Part shown: positions 26,041 to 39,839 of the stretch, in pieces
Layout: each line of letters begins with the position of its first letter
Position numbering within the stretch: position 1 is the first letter of the stretch
DNA from: Camelus ferus
Taxonomy: Eukaryota
Direction: 5' to 3'
DNA: 64,000 nt
Assembly: GCF_009834535.1 (NCBI RefSeq)
Contig: NC_045697.1
Span: 98,892,001 to 98,956,000 of the forward strand
The notes under the pieces: model-generated
The model's input: the letters and a program-made list of their open reading frames with translations, nothing else
Database searches by the model: none
What the model was told of the DNA's origin: nothing
Made by a program: the position numbers and the translations under genes

Positions 26041-28849
26041 GAGATGCTTTAGAAAAAACAATTTTGAGCTTTCTCCTGTTAGGAGAAGAAACTATCATGA
26101 AATATTGAGACTTCTGTCTTTCAAACATGTAAATGAGACTTTCTGACAAAAATAGGCTTATATTAATCTGTATTAATATTGAGTCTTGTGTGCTCTTTCA
26201 TCATTGCTCATGAAAATTTCAGGGTTAGCGTTACTAATTGTGTGGTCAAGAGGGCCACACTGGCAGCTTGTTGAAAATACTGCCTTTCAAAGACAAAAGA
26301 AAGGGCCACTTTCATTGTTGTACAGTGTCTTTCCCAAGTGGAGCATCAGCACATCATAATTAAAAAACTGGAAACACTGTAAATCAACCACACTTCAATA
26401 AAATATATAATTGAAAAAAAAAAAAAACCAACCCTGGAAATCTGCTTTCCATTAATCTATGAACCGACAAGTCAACCACTGGGTTGTTCACAGCTCTGCA
26501 AACATTCCCAGTGCTTTCCCATGCCAAGCCTTTTTTCATACTTCTCACTCTTGCTGAAATGTCTTTCCTCTATTACCAACTGAGCAAATTCTGCCCATTC
26601 TTTAAGGTTTTCAGCTGAGTAGAATTTCTTCCTTCTCTGATCTTTCATAGCACTTTCCATCTTTCTTTTAGTCATCTTTACATGTAGTGTTATCTTAAAC
26701 TTTTTTGAGTATCTTATTTTTAATACTACTGTAAGCTCTTTAAGGGCAAAAATCATGTTTATTCATCTTTAAGTCTCCCAAAGTGTATTCTAAATGCCTT
26801 GTACATAGATGGTACTCAATAAATTATTACATGAGTGAATGAATCTACCAATAAGTAGGAAAGTCTTAAGTAGTTCCATTATTAGCTTATTTGAGAACAG
26901 TGCTAAGATTCCAAAGGGAGCATCCACTGAACACTTAAATATATTTGGAGCCATGTGAGCTTTATACTAAACCCCTTACCAACATTAAAAATAGAGAACT
27001 GTTGCCATGATACTATGTTCTACCATGTTCCAGGCTTGTGGTCTAAGCGTTTAGAATGGGCCCTTTTGATATGGCAGAGACATCTAAGATGAAAAAAGAA
27101 ATTCATCCCACATAAAATGAATCTTCATAGTTGCACACAACACCTGACATTATTGGCAACAAGCACAGTCTAGCTTCATCTTTGCAATCTGATTTCCCAC
27201 AACTCCCCTAGCTAAAACTCCCTTCCAGCCAAACTGAGTCACACACCAACCTTTAAGATTGAAGCTTTTGCTCATCCTATTCTTCCAGCATAGAGTTCGC
27301 CATGCAATTCCTATTCCTTTCCAAAGCACAGCATATTTCTTACTTTCTCTGTGAAGCATCCCTTACCACTTTAACCCACAGTGATGCTCTCCTAAAAAAT
27401 CAGCTTTACTGTCCTTTCTACTCACATCAGAACATCTGATGTTTGTGTCATTCAAATTGTTATTTAGTTCTTGATTACTTGGTATTTTAATTTATAGAGA
27501 TCTTTTCTCCCAAACTGGATTGGGACCTGGGACCATGTATTTTAGTTTCTCACATCCCATTCTACCCCAACCATGAAGCCTCGCACAAAGGAAAATCCTC
27601 ACTGAGTATTAAGTGGATGAATTTTATCTCACCTGGAAATGTGTTATGAAGACATTATATATACCCTTAATTAATAAAGCAAAAGTTGAATAATTTGCAT
27701 CATCAAAATCAACCTCTAAAAGACACAGACCAAAAAAAATTTTTTTCCATATAACCTGTAGCAGTTATGCATTTGCATATGACCAGCTAGTGGATTGCTT
27801 AAGTAATGATAGATTAAAGGTAGACAGCAGGGTTGGGCCTGAAATGCAGCTAAGTACAGGTTGAGGAACTGTATTTGAAAAGTTTATCCACTGGTAAAGC
27901 TCTGGGAGATCAGTTTACACAAACTGCTAAATAAATTAGACTGCTAGCTTAAATATATTAACTTAGCATGAGAAAGGTCATCATACAAGATGACCAATCC
28001 ACTTTAAACAAGTCATAGGTTAAAAGATGGCTCAATGAGCCAGAAGAAGAAACCAGAAAGTGCTCAAAAGAGATAACTGGTCATTTCAGTTTGCATTCTG
28101 GGCTAGAAGAACCTTACTGATAGAGCTTAACAGCTGTGAAGTCTAACATGTGAGGTTAGAAATTACATAAATTAGAAAAATGTAATGCTTTTTAGCGAAT
28201 GCTAAAACATATCATGGGCCATTAGAAAATAAGTCAGTAGTTTTAAGTACTGCTCTCAATCAGGCGTTTAACTGATAAGACCCCATTCCTACCAGTAGTA
28301 GTTGTATGCCGTGGGCCATGGATCATACAGCCTAGAGAAACCCAGTGTTTGCTAAGGAGCAGTATCACCAGCGTACGTGGGGTTTCTGTATTCTCCAGGG
28401 TACAAGTATCACTTGTTTTGTTGTTTTTTCATTTTGAACATGGTAGTTGTGAGAGAAATTCAGAGGCCAATTGGTTAGGTCCAGTGAAATTTTTCAAGCT
28501 ATTCATGGATCTTTCCAAAATAAAATCTTTACTTTTGTTTTCAAATCCTTTTTAGACAACCCTCATTCTTCTGTTATATAATAGGCAATACTTAAAAATG
28601 GTCAAATTTGATAACTGAGTTAAAACCTCAAGGGCCTAAAGTATTATATGACAGGCTTCTGAAAGATGAATCCAGTCGGATTACAGAACTGCTCAAAATT
28701 GTATTTTAAGGAACTGTAAGGACAGGAAAGATTCAACAAAGTCCTTAAGGATGAGCTGATTCTCCAGACAGTTCTGAGAGTCCTTCTGAAGTTGATATTA
28801 TAAATTTTTAGTGGCCTCAATTAATAGATCTCCAGCAGTTCTCAGGTAG

Positions 28850-29330
28850 CCATCTATTGTTTTGTGTGTCCACTACGCTCTCCTTGTGGGAAAACTGTTC
28901 CTTCCCTGACTCTGTCATCTAGTTCTAATGGAGGCTACAACTCAAATACCTTCTAAGTTATAAGTGATTGCTCCATGAGGGAACATCTGACCTAAGCTAG
29001 ATCAGAAGCCCTTCCTTGGGATTTTCTAAACTAGAATAAGAGGAAAAAGTCAGTAACTTTCTAGGGATGGAACCCACAGGATATGATGCTTAAGCCTATT
29101 TCTTGGCATGTGGAGAAAACCAGTACACTGAGAGAAGCAGAAAAGACAGTGGGAGTGATTCCCAGCAGCCGGAGTCTAGTTGCAGCTCTCCTGGAGCCCC
29201 AGCTGCACTCTTGCCCTTCCTGTGGTTTGATTACTTGAGCTGCTCTGCTAGCTCCATTAAACTCTTCTTTTCTCTAAACTATTTTGAATTGATTTGTTAC
29301 AACCAACCAAAGAGTTCTAGCCAAGACAAG
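28850..29330 (+). mobile_element. Old MaLR/ERVL LTR remnant
   Basis: tgacctaagctagatca..., attaaactcttctttt poly(A)-signal region, ends ...ccaagaca. Confidence 0.5.
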
Positions 29331-30405
29331 TACTCAGAAGCCTGGTTACAGGGATGGAAAGTAACTGATTATGTTGCTCCCAAGCTGGATTTGAGCCATG
29401 TAAACAAGGGAACAAGGGAGTAAGGATGTTTGTAAAAAGCTGGATCATGAAAAGCTGGACCATGCATCTAGGCTGATCAAGAAAGAAGTGTCAGAAGGGA
29501 ACTTCCAGCAAGAAAACTGAGGAGCTAAAGGAATGGAAGATGTTGAAATTTAGGATTTAAGTGGTAGAGCAGTTCCTGGTGACAAACTTAGGTACAGTCA
29601 CATAACAGACCAAGTGTACTGTGTTAAAGGTCATCAGATTGAGGATTCAAGGAAAGGTAAGATTGGGCTGTCCAAATGAAATTATCCCAGATGCTGGTGG
29701 GACTCACAGGGAGATAAGGATCATAAACTAGAGAAATGAATAACTAGAAACTTAGTAGATGACAGTAGGCAGCAGGAGTAGAGAAGTAGATGGTTGAAAA
29801 ATATTGGCCCAAAAGGAGAGGCTTCTCCATGAGAGTGAGACAGGTTAACAGCCTCCACCCAAAATGGCAGTAGAAAGAGTAGCTTCCTAAAGGGAAAGCA
29901 GGTTTCTGTTTAAAGCCAGGAGGTGGAAGGAATATTTTGTTATAAGGAGGGAGAATATAGATGAGTTTGTTTGGAATAGGCAGGAGTTCCAGAGGACACA
30001 GGGGAAAGGACAGAGCAGGAAGAGGATTACAGAGGAATGGGAGCACATAGCTGCCTCGAGAGCCTTCTATTTGACCAAGTGCTGAGTGTGATAGGGACGT
30101 GAGGATTAACTGGCCTCCTGGTCTCAGGAAATTCCTATGAAAAGACATTTCAGAACTGGCCCAAGCAAAGGCCTAGGAGGCATCAGAATTCTGAAGAAGG
30201 GGACAGCAGGCAAGTAGGAGTCAATAGAGACATAAGCTACTAGCAGCCTGTATTCAAGGTTCTTTCACTTACTCAAATATGCTAAATGAGTATCTCTTCA
30301 TGTGTCAGGCACTGTGCCAGATTCTGGGGATGGGGTTACAATGACAAGAGACATGAACAGCCTCTTTCCACAAGAAACATAAAATGCAGTGTGAGCTATA
30401 GGCCT

Positions 30406-30741
30406 GTTGGATGGTCTGAGTATGTGTTCCCCCAAAATTCGTATGTTAAAATCCTAAGATAATGGTACGTGAAGTGGGACATTTGAGGGGTGATTAGGTT
30501 ATGAGTGAGGGATGGGATTGGTGCCCTTACAAAAGAGGTCCCAGGGAGAGCTGGCTTACCCCTCCCACCATGTGAGGGGACAGTGGGAAGTCTGCAACCT
30601 TTAAGAGGGCTCTCCCCTGACCAGGCTGGCACACTGATATCAGACTTTCAGCCTCCAGAATTGTTAGAAATAAAACTCTTGTTATTTGTAAGTTACCCAG
30701 TTTGTGGTGTTTTGTTATAGCAGCCCAAACAGACTAAGACA
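30406..30741 (+). mobile_element. MLT1A-type MaLR solo LTR
   Basis: tgtgttcccccaaaattcgtatgtt...cagcctccagaa...aataaa...ttgttatagcagcccaaacagactaagaca. Confidence 0.9.
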
Positions 30742-31411
30742 CCAGTAAATAGACGATTACAACATTTTATATTATGATAGAGGAAGCACAGGATGTAATG
30801 GGAATAAGGGCAGTAGGGGTGGGACACAACCCAGATTGAGGAAGATCAAGGACTGCTTCATGGAGGAAGTGCTGAATAATCTGAGACCTAAATTTAGTGT
30901 AGGTGTGAATTATCCAAATGAGGAGAGGGGACAAAGAGCAAAGAGAAAGTAGGAGTGTTTTAAGCAGAGAACAGTATGTGCAAAGTCTGAAAGGCAGAGA
31001 CATTGAAAGAAGACTGTTTCCTCCCTTACAGGGTGGTTGTGAGATTTAGCCTTTAGAATGGTATCTGGCACAGAGTAAGTATCCCATAAATAACAGAAAT
31101 TATTTCTGTGTTTGGAGCATAGAATAAAGGGTGAGAGTGAAAAGAGGTGGGAAGTAAGGCTATACAAGTAAGCAGAAGCCAAACTAAGTTGTTCAGACCA
31201 GGCATTTAGACTTAATCCAGCAGGCACTGGCAAGCCACTCACAGATTATAAACAGTGGAGTAACTTTCATGCATTTTAGAAAGATTGGCTGAGGCTAGCA
31301 GCAGAGAGAAATGTCAGAGGACTGCTGTAATCATTGTCTGAACATTGTCCCCATTTGGGGACAATCATGATAGAGAAACATGGATGGATTTCAAGATGTT
31401 TAGAAGGTAGA

Positions 31412-31729
31412 TGTGTTAGTTCCCTAGGACTACCGTAACAAATTACTACAGACTTGGGGAATAAAACAACAGAAATGTATTTGCTCATAGTTTTGGAGGC
31501 CAGAAGTCTGAAATCAGGGTGTCAGCAAGTTGGCAATCCTTGCTGTTCCTTGGCCTGTAGCAGCACAATTCCAGTAACTCCCTCCATCTTAACAGGGGTC
31601 TTTATATGACCTTCTTCCCTGGGCCTGTGTCTCAAATCTCCCTCTCCTTCCTCCTCTCCTTTCTCATATAAGGACATCAGTCATTAAGATTTAGGGCCTG
31701 TCTGAAATCCAGGATGATCTCATCTCGAG
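31412..31729 (-). mobile_element. MLT1-type MaLR LTR (partial)
   Basis: tgtgttagttccctaggactaccgtaacaaattac...ggaggccagaagtctgaaatca. Confidence 0.85.
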
Positions 31730-34360
31730 AAGCTGGGCTGTGAAGAGTGGGAGAGAGGCTGGCAGGTGGTAGGAGATGCAGACAGAGAATCTTCTTCTCT
31801 CTTTTTTTTTAATTTAAAAATTTTTTTTTTATTTTTACTTAAGATGGGATAGACTTGTGCCTGCTAGAAAGAAAATTGTGTAGCTAGGAAAGTTGAATGT
31901 GAAGGCTAAGTCAAAATCATTGAGGAGGCAGGACATAGATGAGAAATTAACTTCAGACAGGAAGGAAAACACCTCTCCTCAAAGGAAGGAGAAGGGAAAG
32001 AATGGCTGTAGAAGGAAGTAAGTTTGCTGATTTGATAGCAGGAAGTGAAAAGTTTTTTCATTTATTCATTCAACAAATATTTCTGAATGCCTGGCACATG
32101 GCAGGCACTGTTCTAGATGCTTGTGATACAAAGAGAACAAAACAAAGTCTCCATCTTCACAGAACTTACATTTCAGGTGGGAAGACAGAGAAATGCATAT
32201 GTATGTATTTTACAATGCCAAGGTAGGATAAATGCTATGAGAAAAAATAAAGAAGCTGAAGGAGAGAGTCTTGGAGGGGTATTTTTAAATAGGGTGCCTA
32301 GATTCAGTCTCTCTGAGGTGGGAAATGAAAAAGCAAGGCATTACAGATCTAGGAGGAACATGGCAGGCAGAGGGAACAACAGATAATCAGGCCTTGAGGC
32401 AGGAGTATGCTTGGCAGCAGCAAAGAATAATAGTGAGGAGGCCCCCTGAAACTAATACAGGTTTGTAAATCAGTTACGCTTCAGGTAAAAGACAAAAAGG
32501 AGGCCAGTGCAGCTGGAGCAGAGTACGGTAGGAAGAGAGGTATGAGAATGGTGAGGGGTTCAGGTCGCAGAGGTGTAGTGGGCTTTGGTGAGGACTTCAG
32601 GTTTTTAGGATAAGAGTGGTGGGGAGCGCTTGGAAGGTTTGAGCAGAGAAGTGACATGGTATAATTTGTGAACAAATTATTTGGCTGCATGTGCTGAGTA
32701 GATGGTGAGGAGCAAGAATGGAAGCAGGGAGTCCAGTTAGGAAGTTACCAGTCAGATGAGCGATGATGATGGCTTGGACTTGCATGGTTACTGTGGAGGG
32801 GTAGGAAATAGTTGAATTGGGGATCTATTCTGAAAGTGAAGCCCACAGGACTTATTAATAGGCTGAAAATGAGATGTGAAAAAAAGTAAAAAGCCTTAAA
32901 CACCTCAGACAGAACACTGGCTAAAGATAGAATTGATTCCTTCAAAGAAATCCTATCCTAGGTTTATGAAGAACATTTGGATGAGGTAAGTACATAATGC
33001 AGGGAGAAGGGAAGGAAATGTGTATTTGCTAGGTGCCTATTTTTATGTGTTACCTCACTAATGCTCTCCAGTGCCTCTGGTGATATTATTATCCTTGATT
33101 TTTAGAGATAAGACAAAAATTTAAGTTAAATTTAATAATTTACTCAAGCTATAAGTAATATGTGAATTTTAACTCAAGACTGTCTAACAACTAAGCTCTT
33201 TTCACTAGCTTACACTGCCCTTTAAAAATACATAGCTGGAAAATAAAGGAAAAAACACTTTCACAGTACTAACTCAAGTTAGAAGATTTAACTTATTTTG
33301 ACGCAAACAGGTACTTAGGAAAAATCAGCTTTTATTAGATAATAATTCAAAGGTATATATTCATTTGGGAGCAATTCTGAAAGACTTTTTAGGTTTTCAA
33401 GGACTTCCAAGGCTAATGGTACGTAGTTATTTCGATTTCTAATTTCACTTTCAAAAGATGTATCCCTAGTACAGTTTTTACACTTATTAGCATTTATGCC
33501 ATTTGTTTTTGATGCATAAAGATAGAGAGATCCAGAGCTGGAGACCATTTTCCCTGAGAATTTGGGCAAGAGCTAAAAGAGAGAGGGGGAGAAGTTCATG
33601 AACGACTGCACATGGTGATATTCACTCTTAAGCTCTGGTAAATGAAAACTTAAGCGGGGAAAATAGCATGGGGAAAACCAGAGCAGCGGAACGCAAGGAA
33701 GCCTATCCATAGTCCCAAGTCTCTGATGTAAGATTCCTCCGTATCTTACATTCTTTCTATCTGGGTAAGATTCTTAACAAGGAGCTGGGGGTAAAGATAC
33801 TTTGTTTTCTTTATATTTCTTTCTGTAAATGTTTATACTTTCTTTTCAACCCAGAGGAACATTAACACCGGGCATATGCTGAGAGTTGTTACCAAAAGCA
33901 CTGAAGGAAGAGGCAGTGGGAAATGATGGAAAGGGTAATTCAGAGACTAAAGATGGCACCGTAGAGGAGGTTCAGGAGAGGGAGGTGGACCTCAGAATGC
34001 CTGTTCTACCCTCGGTGTGCAAGCTCGGGTAAGTCACTTTCTCTGAGCCTCAGGATCCTCATCTGTTAAACAGGGATAAATGAGGGTAAAAATAGGAACT
34101 ACCTCATATATTTCTACAAGAATAAAATGAGATGGTCTACATAAAGTATTTAGTGAAAGGGCTCAAGAGTTTACTACTAAGTTTCACTAACAGTGTGACT
34201 TTAGACAAATGGCTTAAACTTTTTTGCCTTTTATTTCTGCAGCTATAAAATGATGAATAGAACTAGGTGATACTGCAGATTTCTTTACAATTTTACAAAT
34301 ATGATGTTTTGTGTGTTATTTCTTAAGGTGATAGAAAAGAAGTAAGAAATCTTTCTATGA

Positions 34361-34379
34361 TAGCCACCAGGTGGCAGTA
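34361..34379 (+). promoter_or_regulatory. Candidate CTCF site
   Basis: tagCCACCAGGTGGCAGta matches the CTCF core CCASYAGRKGGCRS, in unique AT-rich sequence. Confidence 0.7.
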
Positions 34380-36521
34380 GTGAAGAGTTTAACTGCCATC
34401 CCATTTTTGGGGAAACAATTTTTTTCAGTGTACAGACTCAAAACAACAACAAAAAAGTTTAATTATCCATAATCCTTATTCCCAAGGAACTACTATTAAC
34501 ATTTTGATGTATAACCTTCCATCCAGATTATTTCTTCACATATATGTTACTATTTTTCAATTTTATAAAAAATGGAGATAACATTGTTTTATAAACAATT
34601 TTTTAAACACAAAAAAATGATGAATAATTTCCATAGCAATTAATGTAGTTCTACATCATCATTCTTAAAGGCTCCATGGTATTCCACAGAGATTTGTTTA
34701 AATCATGATTTGTTTGAACCATCCTTTACTTAGCAAACGTTGGTTGGAAAAATTTCCAGAAGTGGTGTCTGGGCTATGCACTTCTTTCTTGTAAGGCTTT
34801 TACTACATACCAATAATTTGTCATTTTCTATGTTTTCTGTTTTTGTGTCTGGTAGAGCAAGGTTCCTTATCAGTGCCTTTCTTCAGAATTCCATTGACCT
34901 TTCTAAAGCATTTATTCTCCGTGATGAAATTTTAAATCTTTTTTATCAAAATTTGCCCCTCCATTTCCCCTAAAAAATTTTGCTGAGATTTTCATTAATT
35001 TTAAATTTATAGATTAATTTGGGGGGAATTCGCCTCATTACATATGTCTTTCCATCCAGCAGTAATGGTAAGCTTCTCTATTCATTCAATTCTTCTGTCA
35101 GTAAAATTTGAATGTTACTTAGTTTCCATTTAAGTTTACATCTGGTTATTTTATATTTTTTTGTTGCTGTAATAAATATCTTTTAAAATATTTTTCTACT
35201 GGCTTTTGCTGGTATATAGAAACACTATTAATTTTAGGATTATTGATTTTTATAATTGGCCACATTACTGAACTCACCTAATGGGTCCAATATTCTTATC
35301 TATCTACTCACTCATTCTGTAAATATTCACTGAGGACTTAGAGTGTGCCAGGTACCATTCTGGGTTCTGGAAGTAAGCAGTAAAAAAAAAAAATCTGTTC
35401 TCAAGAGGAAATACTAAACAAATAAATATATGATAAGTTGTGATAAGTGTTAAGGTGGGGGAAGCATACTAAGAGGATGAAAAGTGACCATGAAAAATAC
35501 TATTTCAGATCATGTGTTCAAATAAGCCCCCTCTGATAGGTTAGAGTTTGAGGAGAGACCTAAAAGGATGTTGCTGTTCTTGGGTTTTCCTGGTAAATAT
35601 TTATATCATCATACCCTTTCCACCAGGATCCCCACGCTCCTGAAAGTGCCTGTCCAGTGGCAGCAACACCAAAGATTTAGTCTGTAAAGGAAGCTTCTAG
35701 GGTTCTCAGTGTTCCTGGATTTGATAATGGCTCCAGAGGTCCTTCCAGCCACAACCCCAGCTGGATTCTAGAGGCTCACAGAGTTCAGTGTGCTCCTGGT
35801 AAGTTTACTTTCTCCTCCCTGACCCAAATCGCAGTATCTACCTGCTTCACTAATATAAACTGCCTAAGAGAACAGTCACAAGAGACTATAATTAGAGGTT
35901 ACAAACTGCTTAATAGAATAATCCCAACAGGCTATCATTAGACCTTCCTTAAAAAAAAATTAGAAATAACCCCATCATACCTCATGTGCCTAATGGCCTC
36001 TTTTAACAAGTCAAGTTCATCATATAGATTCTTTTTTTTTTCTTTTTAAAACTGCTTTATTGACTTCACAGTATATAATGAACATTTTGCCATGCAATAG
36101 GTAAAATTCTCCTGCTAACAAAATCTTACAGACTGGGTCAAAAACACATTCAACTAGAAGCTGGTAATAAGAGACCTGCCAGAAACGAATGACATCAAAA
36201 GGTTTATAACAAAGATACATCATGAACATGTAAGTTTAGGAAGCATGTGTGTTTCCCTATCAACTTAAGGGAAAACATCAGGATTTAAGGCATAAGGCAA
36301 AATTCATCTCATCATAAAGATTCTTAACCCCATAATGCTTTGTTCTACTCCAGCCTAACTTCCCACTTCATCTATTTTGATTCTTTCATTGTGCTGTCAT
36401 CAGTCAAATCCTGTTATCCTTAACAACTTTTCTAAACATTCCCTTTATCATCTTACTCTAACCAAAAACCTAGCCATCTCCTGGTAATACTGCCTCCTTC
36501 CAATACTCTTGAGTTATAGCT

Positions 36522-36553
36522 GTTTGTTTGTTTGTTTGTTTGTTTGTTTGTTT
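36522..36553. repeat. (GTTT)n microsatellite
   Basis: About 8 GTTT units. Confidence 0.95.
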
Positions 36554-36719
36554 TAATCCTTTACCCCACCCCCCAACCAAAGTGCCTAGAGATAAGGTAG
36601 GTATCCTGCTTGCTCCCCACTGCCAATCCCCAACCTTTCTCCTTCCTTCCCAAATCCTAGTTTCCTTGAGGTGCACACCATTACAGTATAGCATGAACCT
36701 ATCCAGGTGGATTGCCTGC

Positions 36720-38500
36720 TGAAAAAAAAAGTCAACATTTTCAATAGAATTTAAACAATACACAGAGTTTCATAACAGAAACAAAATAGTCAAAGTGTCT
36801 AGGATACAATCCAAATACTAAGCATACAAAAGACCAGGAAAAATCTCAATTCACATGGGAAAAAAAGATGACAATACTGAGAGAATACAGATGGTAGAGT
36901 GATCTGACAAAGGCTTTGAAGCAGCCATTTGTTGGGAGACAATTCTCCATTGATCTCTTGTATTTCTGCATGTGTTTTGGGAAGGGCATTAACAGCTTTT
37001 TTCCTGGGCTATCTTTTCAGGGATGTTTGCATAGCAAATTTTCTTGGAAGACAGAGATAATGTCTTCCTTTGGGGACAAGGGCAGATTTGTTTGCTGTCT
37101 AGAATAAAAAAGATTATGTCTTCAGGGTACAGTTGGATAAGTTCTCTAGTCCCTTATTACAAATTGGAGTTTCCCATAGAGTTCCTTTCGTATAATGAAA
37201 CTCACTGCATGTACAGGTATCACCTGGTCTTCCTGGCATTACTTGGTGGGGACTAGGGCTCAGAAAACTGGCATAACTGCTGATATTCTGCTTCCTGCTA
37301 CTGCTGTGGGTAATAAATTATCCTTTGTGTCTGACTCAAGGGACTAATGTCTTCTGCCACTATCCATGAAATTGTGGCAGCCTAACTTGTTGACTTACAA
37401 GTAAGGTAAAATCTCAGGTTTTTCAAAGTTCTCAACCCTGTTATAAAAATTCTCTTAACAAGCAGTCAAAAGCACTTTTAAAACCAATGGAAAAATATAA
37501 AGTATAAACAAAGAAATAGAAAATATAAAAAGGAACAAATGTTTAGTTTAGAATTTAAAAATGTAGTAGCTAAAATTTTAAAAATCCACTGGATGATCTG
37601 ATTAGCAGAGTGAAGATGACAGAAGAAAGTGTCAGTGAAATTGAAAATAGATCAATACAAATTACCTAACCTGAATAACAGAGAAAAAAATATTGGATAA
37701 ACAATGAATAGAATCTCGGGGACCTGTGGGATAATAAAAATAAGTGTTGAAAAATTTTTAATAAATAATGAAAAGTCTAAAGTCTGGCAAAAGACAGATA
37801 CCTCCAGGTTCAAGAAGCTCAACAAAACCCAGACATAATGAACATAAAGGAATCTGTTTCCAAACACACCATCATCAAAATGCTGAAAAATAAAGACAAA
37901 GAAGAGATCTTGAAAGCAGCCAGAGAAATGTAATGTATTACCTACAGGGTAACAATAATTTGCATTACTGTGATTTCCCATTGGGAACCATGAAGTCCAG
38001 AAGGAAGTGACACAACATTTGTAAAGTGCTGAAATAAAAGAATGGTCAACACATAATAGTAAAGGCAGTAAAAGTATCTTTCAGAAATTAAGGTGAAATA
38101 GTGACATTCTTAGGTGATGAAAAACTCAAAAGAATTCATTGCCAGCAGGTCTGTTTTTTTAAAAAATTGCTACAAGGACACTCTTGAGACTGAAGAGAAA
38201 TGGTACTAGAAGGAAACATGGAACATCAGGAATTAAGGAAGAGCACCAGAAATGGTAAATATCTGTATAAATATAGTAGACTGTTCTCCTCTTGAGTTCA
38301 TTAAAACATGTTTGATGATAAAGGCAAAAATTACAACATTGTCTGAAGTTTTTGACATATGTAGATGTAACTGATGACAACCATAACATAAAAGGGAGAA
38401 AGAAGATAAATGCCCCTATGTGGTGGTAAGGGTTCTATATTTCACTTGCAATGGAAAAAAATACAGATTCTAAGCAGATTTTTTAGAATTTAAATATTTG
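36720..38500 (+). mobile_element. Old L1M ORF1-region fragment, interrupted by an LTR
   Basis: A-rich; gagatcttgaaagcagccagaga (ILKAAR motif of ORF1p). Confidence 0.75.
36930..37436 (+). mobile_element. ERVL-type solo LTR (LTR40-like)
   Basis: Begins TGTTGGGAGACAATTCTCCAT; aataaa at about 37312; interrupts the L1. Confidence 0.7.
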
Positions 38501-38554
38501 CATTCCTTGAACCTTGCTTTTCCTTTTGCCTGAAAAGCCATTTCCCCGTATATA

Positions 38555-38867
38555 CTGTCAGCCCTCCCTACCTGAGGGTTCTGCATCCATGGATTCAACC
38601 AACCTTGAATTGAAAATATTTGGGAAAAAATTTCCAGAAAGTTCCAAAAAGCAAAACTTGAATTTGCCACGTGCTGGCAACTATTTACATGGCATTTACA
38701 CTATATTAGGTACTATACCTGATCTAGAAACGATTTCAGCTATATGGGAAGATGTGTGTAGGTTATATACAAATAGTACTCCATTTTATATAAGGGCTCT
38801 GAGCATTTATGGTTTTTGGTATCCTCAAGAGTCCTGGAACCAATTTCCTGAGGAACTGAGTGTTTTG
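38555..38867 (-). mobile_element. MER2-like Tigger element
   Basis: ta|ctgtcagccctcc...ggattcaaccaacc...ccattttatataaggg...gtcctggaaccaat. Confidence 0.85.
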
Positions 38868-38926
38868 TACATGGTACATAGCTAGATTTTTCTTTTTATT
38901 TCAATTTCTATCTTTTAACTGAATTT

Positions 38927-39356
38927 TGTTGCTAGAGAAGGGAGAGCAAGAGAATGGTCATGTCCCAGGTCTCAGACGAATTCCTGGGGTAAGCCGCCAA
39001 ATGAGGGTCCTTAGCTATGCACAATAAAGAATTCAAGAGTGAGCCAAAGTAAAGTGAAAGCAAGTTTATTTAGAGAGATGCACGTGCCATAGGCAGAATT
39101 CGGGTTCCTCTCAGGTGAGAATGGACCCCTGGGTGTAGGGGTCGTTAGTTTTTATGGGCTGAGTAATTTTATATGCTAATAAGTGGGAGGAATATTCTAA
39201 CTATTTTGGGGAAGGGACAGGGATTTCCAAGAATTGGGCCCCAGTCAAATCTAATACCATCTTGGGCCTACTTGGTTCCAATCAGTTTTTATCATATCCT
39301 CAAGGGCTGTGTCATTCTTTTAATGGTTGTGCCCTGCTCCCTTCCTTCCTGTCTCA
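38927..39356 (-). mobile_element. ERV1-class solo LTR
   Basis: TG...CA termini, 4-bp ATTT on both flanks (38923-38926, 39357-39360), minus-strand AATAAA at 39065-39070. Confidence 0.8.
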
Positions 39357-39839
39357 ATTTTAATTCATATATATTTACTTTGATTCTTGATGTATTTTAA
39401 ATTATTTCTACATCTTTTTTGTTTAAGTTTACCGTGCTTTTTCTGAGCTATTTTTCTATCTTTATTGGGTATTTTTTCGATTAAGTTTTTGTTCAGATTT
39501 TTAAAATTCCATTTGCCACCCTTTATTTGGAATTTTTACACTCTATATTTGTTCTTTTTAGAAGCTTTCTTGTATCTCTAACTTAAAATGTAAACAAAAG
39601 AATGATCCTTACAATCATTTTAACTCCACTGACTACTCTTCCCAATGGCTACACACTATTGTTATTCAAGATATTAGTTTTGTCCATTTTTTTAAACCAC
39701 AAATCAAACTTTTTTTTTTAGACTGACAATGTTTGGATTGAAAAGTTTGTTTACCTTTTGATTCACTCACCATTCTATCTTGTACCTCAGACCATTCTTC
39801 TGGGATAATTTCTTTAAAAATTTTTTTAAAAAGCTCTCA

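Larger units (their letters stand above)
29340..32900 (-). mobile_element. Cluster of L2 fragments interrupted by MLT1 LTRs
   Basis: Purine-rich L2 antisense; ttcattcaacaaatatttctgaatgcc at about 32065. Confidence 0.7.

Noticed and set aside
26370..26430. Short poly(A)-tailed inserts (also near 51592 and 55403) as processed pseudogenes
   Set aside because: Sequence matches the extreme 3' end of the L1 copies in this window; these are severely 5'-truncated L1 stubs
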